Below are positions 61,199-64,000 of a DNA stretch of 64,000 nt, in pieces. The stretch is from positions 10,515 through 74,514 of the forward strand of contig JAJYUH010000001.1 of the NCBI GenBank assembly GCA_021792635.1. The letters are read 5' to 3'. Origin of the DNA: Natronospirales bacterium (lineage in GTDB: Bacteria; Pseudomonadota; Gammaproteobacteria; Natronospirales; REEB76). The notes beneath the pieces are model-generated. The model had not been told where the DNA came from. It saw nothing but the letters and a program-made list of their open reading frames with translations, and did no database searches. Position numbers and translations under genes: made by a program. Position 1 is the stretch's first letter; every line of letters begins with the position of its first letter.

Positions 61199-62398
61199 TC
61201 AGACCCATGCCGGGTGCAGCCAGTAATATCCGGCCAATCCCAGCAGGGCTCCCACGGACACGATGCTGACTTCAGGCAGCTTGGGCCATTTGAGAATCAC
61301 CGCCAGGCTGGTCATGGCGATAACGCTTGTCAGTACATCCCCGATGGCGGCGGTGGCGATCAGGATGCCGGTACCGAACAAGGCGCCCACCACGGCGGAA
61401 ATAATCCCTTGCAGAAATCCCTGCAGATAGCGATTGGCGCGGTAGCGTTTCAGCAGCGGTGCGGCCACGATCGTCAACAGCACCGAGGGGGCGAACATCC
61501 CCACCGTTGCGACCAAGCCGCCTTTGAAACCATTGAGCACATAGCCGACGAACGTCGCGGTAATCACCACGGGGCCGGGGGTGATCATGCCGATGGCGAC
61601 GGCGTCAATGAATTGACGGTCTGTCAGCCAGTGATATTGATCCACGACGTAGACCTTGAGAAATGGGGCGATAACCAGGCCGCTGCCGAATACCAAAAAA
61701 CCGGTCTTGAAGAAAAACACGAATAATTTGCCGGAGGTACCGCTCAGCCAGGCACTTGGCAGAGCCAGCCAACCGGCGCCGGCTGACGACATCGTCGCGG
61801 ACGATGTGCTTGGGGGCGGAGGGCCGGGACCGGCGAATACCAGACAGCCCAGCAGGCCCGCAATCAGGAACAGGCTGATGAGCTCCTGTTTGAAGGCGAG
61901 GGTGATGACCGCCGCGACCACGGCGAACAGCCAGGCGAGCCGCCGGGTCTTCAGGGTTTTGCGGCCCAGTTGCCAGCAGGCCTTCAGGATGAGTGCGACG
62001 ATGACTGGCGCCACCCCGTAAAAGATCGCCTTGACCTCCCAGGCGCCGGTGAAGTGCACATAGAGAGCGGCGGCGGCCGTCACGATGAGGAAAGGCGCGA
62101 GAGCAAACGCCGCAGCAACCGCCAGCGCGCCGCGGATCCGGAAGCGGACGTAGCCGCAATAAACCCCCAGCTGGTAAGCCAGGGGTCCGGGACAGGCGGT
62201 CGCGAGTGCCAGACCGTCTTCATATTCGGCCTCCGTGAGCCAGCCGCGTTCCTCCACCAGATCCCCCCGCATGTGCTGGGCCAAGACCACGGGGCCGCCA
62301 AATCCCAGTGCCCCCAGTCGCAGGAAATAGCGGGACATTTGCCACAGGGTTACCCTGCCCTGGAGTCCGTCGAGGCCGGGATCAGTATGGGTAGGCAT
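61199..62398 (-). CDS. chrA: Chromate efflux transporter
   Basis: FLRLGALGFGGP and PGP motifs in both halves (TACPGP, MITPGP). Confidence 0.93.
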   Translation of the reverse strand: MPTHTDPGLDGLQGRVTLWQMSRYFLRLGALGFGGPVVLAQHMRGDLVEERGWLTEAEYEDGLALATACPGPLAYQLGVYCGYVRFRIRGALAVAAAFALAPFLIVTAAAALYVHFTGAWEVKAIFYGVAPVIVALILKACWQLGRKTLKTRRLAWLFAVVAAVITLAFKQELISLFLIAGLLGCLVFAGPGPPPPSTSSATMSSAGAGWLALPSAWLSGTSGKLFVFFFKTGFLVFGSGLVIAPFLKVYVVDQYHWLTDRQFIDAVAIGMITPGPVVITATFVGYVLNGFKGGLVATVGMFAPSVLLTIVAAPLLKRYRANRYLQGFLQGIISAVVGALFGTGILIATAAIGDVLTSVIAMTSLAVILKWPKLPEVSIVSVGALLGLAGYYWLHPAWV

Positions 62399-62438
62399 GG
62401 GCGTCTGCCTTGGGGTTCCAAGGAATTGAATTAATCGT

Positions 62439-62450
62439 TACATATATGTA
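62439..62450. promoter_or_regulatory. Palindrome in the chrA/chrB divergent intergenic region
   Basis: Perfect 12-bp TACATATATGTA, next to a CCTTGG-GGTT-CCAAGG hairpin at 62408-62423. Confidence 0.5.
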
Positions 62451-62461
62451 TCATCAGTTAC

Positions 62462-63433
62462 ATGACTGATGCAAGCACTTGGCTGACCCTGATTACCAGC
62501 CTGCCCGGCCAAAACACGGCCGCCCGCGTGCGGGTATGGCGTGCACTCAAGGCTTCCGGCGCGGCTGCGTTGCGCGATGGGGTATACCTTCTGCCCCGGA
62601 CGCTGCAGAACGAGACCGTTTTCCGAGAGCAGGTACAGGAGATTGAGGCCGCCGGGGGAACCGCCTATGTCGCCGAATACCATCCCCTGGATGGTAGGGA
62701 GCAGGGCGGGGATCTGAAGCGTTTCTTTGACCGCACGTCGGAGTATGCCGACCTTCTCCACCGGCTGGATGCCTTCAAACGCGAATTGGTCTCGGCATCG
62801 GAAGTGGAGGCACGCCGTGCCATCGCCGTGCTGCGCCGCGAGTTTGCCGCGGTGATGGAGACGGATTTTTTCCCCGGTCCTTCCCGGGCACAGGTCGAGC
62901 AGGCCTTGGCGGATGCCGAGGCCGCTCTCAATGCGCGTTTCTCACCGGACGAACCGCATGCCGCAGTGGGAGCGTTGCGCCGGCACGCGCCAACGGATTA
63001 CCAGGGCAAGACTTGGGCGACGAGGGCTCATCTCTGGATTGATCGCGTCGCGTCCGCCTGGCTGATCCGCCGTTTTATTGATCCGCAGGGACGTTTCCTC
63101 TGGCTCAAGGATGTCACCCGGCGGCCAGAGAATGTAATCGGGTTCGACTTCGATGGGGCCGAATTCAGCCACGTGGGCACGCGTGTCACCTTCGAAGTCC
63201 TGGCGTTCAGTTTCGGGCTGGAAAACGATCCGGCGATCGCGCGGCTCGGTGGCATGGCGCATTACCTGGATGTGGGGGGCGTGCCCGTCCCAGAGGCTGC
63301 GGGCTTCGCGGCCATCATGGCCGGGGCGCGGGCCCAAGCCGTAGATGACGATGAGCTACTCGCGGAGATCAGCAAGACACTGGATTACCTGTATACCGCG
63401 TACTCCGAAGACCAGCCCGCCCCTCATGCATGA
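62462..63433 (+). CDS. chrB: Chromate resistance/sensing regulator ChrB
   Basis: SLPGQNTAARVRVWRALK..GVYLLP, DFFPG, W.TR..LWIDRVASAWLIRRFID and FDFDGAEFSH motifs. Confidence 0.92.
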   Translation: MTDASTWLTLITSLPGQNTAARVRVWRALKASGAAALRDGVYLLPRTLQNETVFREQVQEIEAAGGTAYVAEYHPLDGREQGGDLKRFFDRTSEYADLLHRLDAFKRELVSASEVEARRAIAVLRREFAAVMETDFFPGPSRAQVEQALADAEAALNARFSPDEPHAAVGALRRHAPTDYQGKTWATRAHLWIDRVASAWLIRRFIDPQGRFLWLKDVTRRPENVIGFDFDGAEFSHVGTRVTFEVLAFSFGLENDPAIARLGGMAHYLDVGGVPVPEAAGFAAIMAGARAQAVDDDELLAEISKTLDYLYTAYSEDQPAPHA

Positions 63434-63579
63434 GGAGGACATCGCGGTAATGAGATCCCACCATGGGAACGAGCGGGTACCCATCGGGTTTGAGAATGGA
63501 CATGCCGCTCCGCTGCAGATGAGAGGATAAGGACGCCGGAATATTTTGCCTGACTAACTGAAACTGAGGAGATAGTGTT

Positions 63580-64000
63580 ATGTATCACAATACGCAGATC
63601 AAAAAACTCTCAATGCACATGCTGTGGGAGCATTCCAGAATATTTTTGCATCCCCGTCGCCTGATTGCCAGCGGAGTTCTTGGCGCCGCAGTCGCGGGTT
63701 TGGCATTTTCCGGTTCTTTGCCGGCCTACGCGGGAACGGTGATGACCCACGCGTCCGCCCCACGGGTGCATATCTACGTCCAGACCGTAGTATGGGCCTC
63801 AAAAAAGAATGGCGCCGTGCCGGCCTGGAAAAAGTTCGGTGATGCCTACGGTTTCGCCCCCGCCACCATTGTCGTGCGTCAGGGCGATGAAGTCACATTG
63901 ACCTTCCGGAACCTGCAGGCGGGTGCCCATGATTTACACACCTTTACCTTGCCGGCCTACGGCATCAGCCGCACGCTGCCGCGCCTGAGCACGGTGAACG
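63580..64000 (+). CDS. Exported cupredoxin-domain protein, partial (runs off the right edge; not in the ORF track)
   Basis: GAGGAG RBS; signal peptide containing PRRL..AYA; FAPATIVVRQGDEVTLTFRN...HTFT cupredoxin pattern. The Cys/His/Met ligands would lie beyond the window. Confidence 0.75.
   Translation, partial: MYHNTQIKKLSMHMLWEHSRIFLHPRRLIASGVLGAAVAGLAFSGSLPAYAGTVMTHASAPRVHIYVQTVVWASKKNGAVPAWKKFGDAYGFAPATIVVRQGDEVTLTFRNLQAGAHDLHTFTLPAYGISRTLPRLSTVN

Noticed and set aside
63445-63530. 26-codon ORF after chrB, preceded by GAGGAGG
   Set aside because: The RBS spacing is long, the peptide is unremarkable, and the GAGGAGG overlaps the chrB stop.
1-64000. Most long antisense or alternative-frame ORFs in the track (for example 2990-4537, 11724-13232, 20852-22966, 27099-29732)
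   Set aside because: They are shadows of recognisable genes on the opposite strand, which is expected in GC-rich DNA.
1-64000. CRISPR arrays, tRNA, rRNA and transposases
   Set aside because: I saw no regularly spaced repeat-spacer units, cloverleaf or rRNA sequence, or DDE/HUH motifs in any intergenic region or ORF.

Overview
A 64 kb stretch of a GC-rich gammaproteobacterial chromosome (xerC-DUF484-dapF, ubiD, a Gamma-type cytochrome b). Housekeeping and transport genes include kdpFABC-porin-kdpDE, a HAD-SerA fusion, thrC, an acyl-CoA dehydrogenase, a TonB receptor and DUF969/979. They are mixed with accessory modules and several decayed genes. I found no rRNA, tRNA, CRISPR array or transposase. 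Main oddities: (1) a 1.45 kb transposase-less cassette bounded by 25-bp imperfect inverted repeats and a CCGGG direct repeat, carrying an HTH plus nucleotidyltransferase-like gene pair; (2) a signal-peptide gene whose 250-codon frame is broken only by two in-frame TAG codons, next to an orphan multi-TM gene; (3) a chrA-cytochrome b-beta-barrel run with divergent chrB and a cupredoxin, where cytochrome b lacks its Rieske and c1 partners; (4) an ECF sigma/anti-sigma operon with two copies of one promoter-like motif; (5) a split LytS/LytTR pair with two ~175-bp look-alike regulatory regions; (6) a SufR-like repressor operon with a promoter-overlapping palindrome. Family names come from my recognition of motifs, not from database searches.
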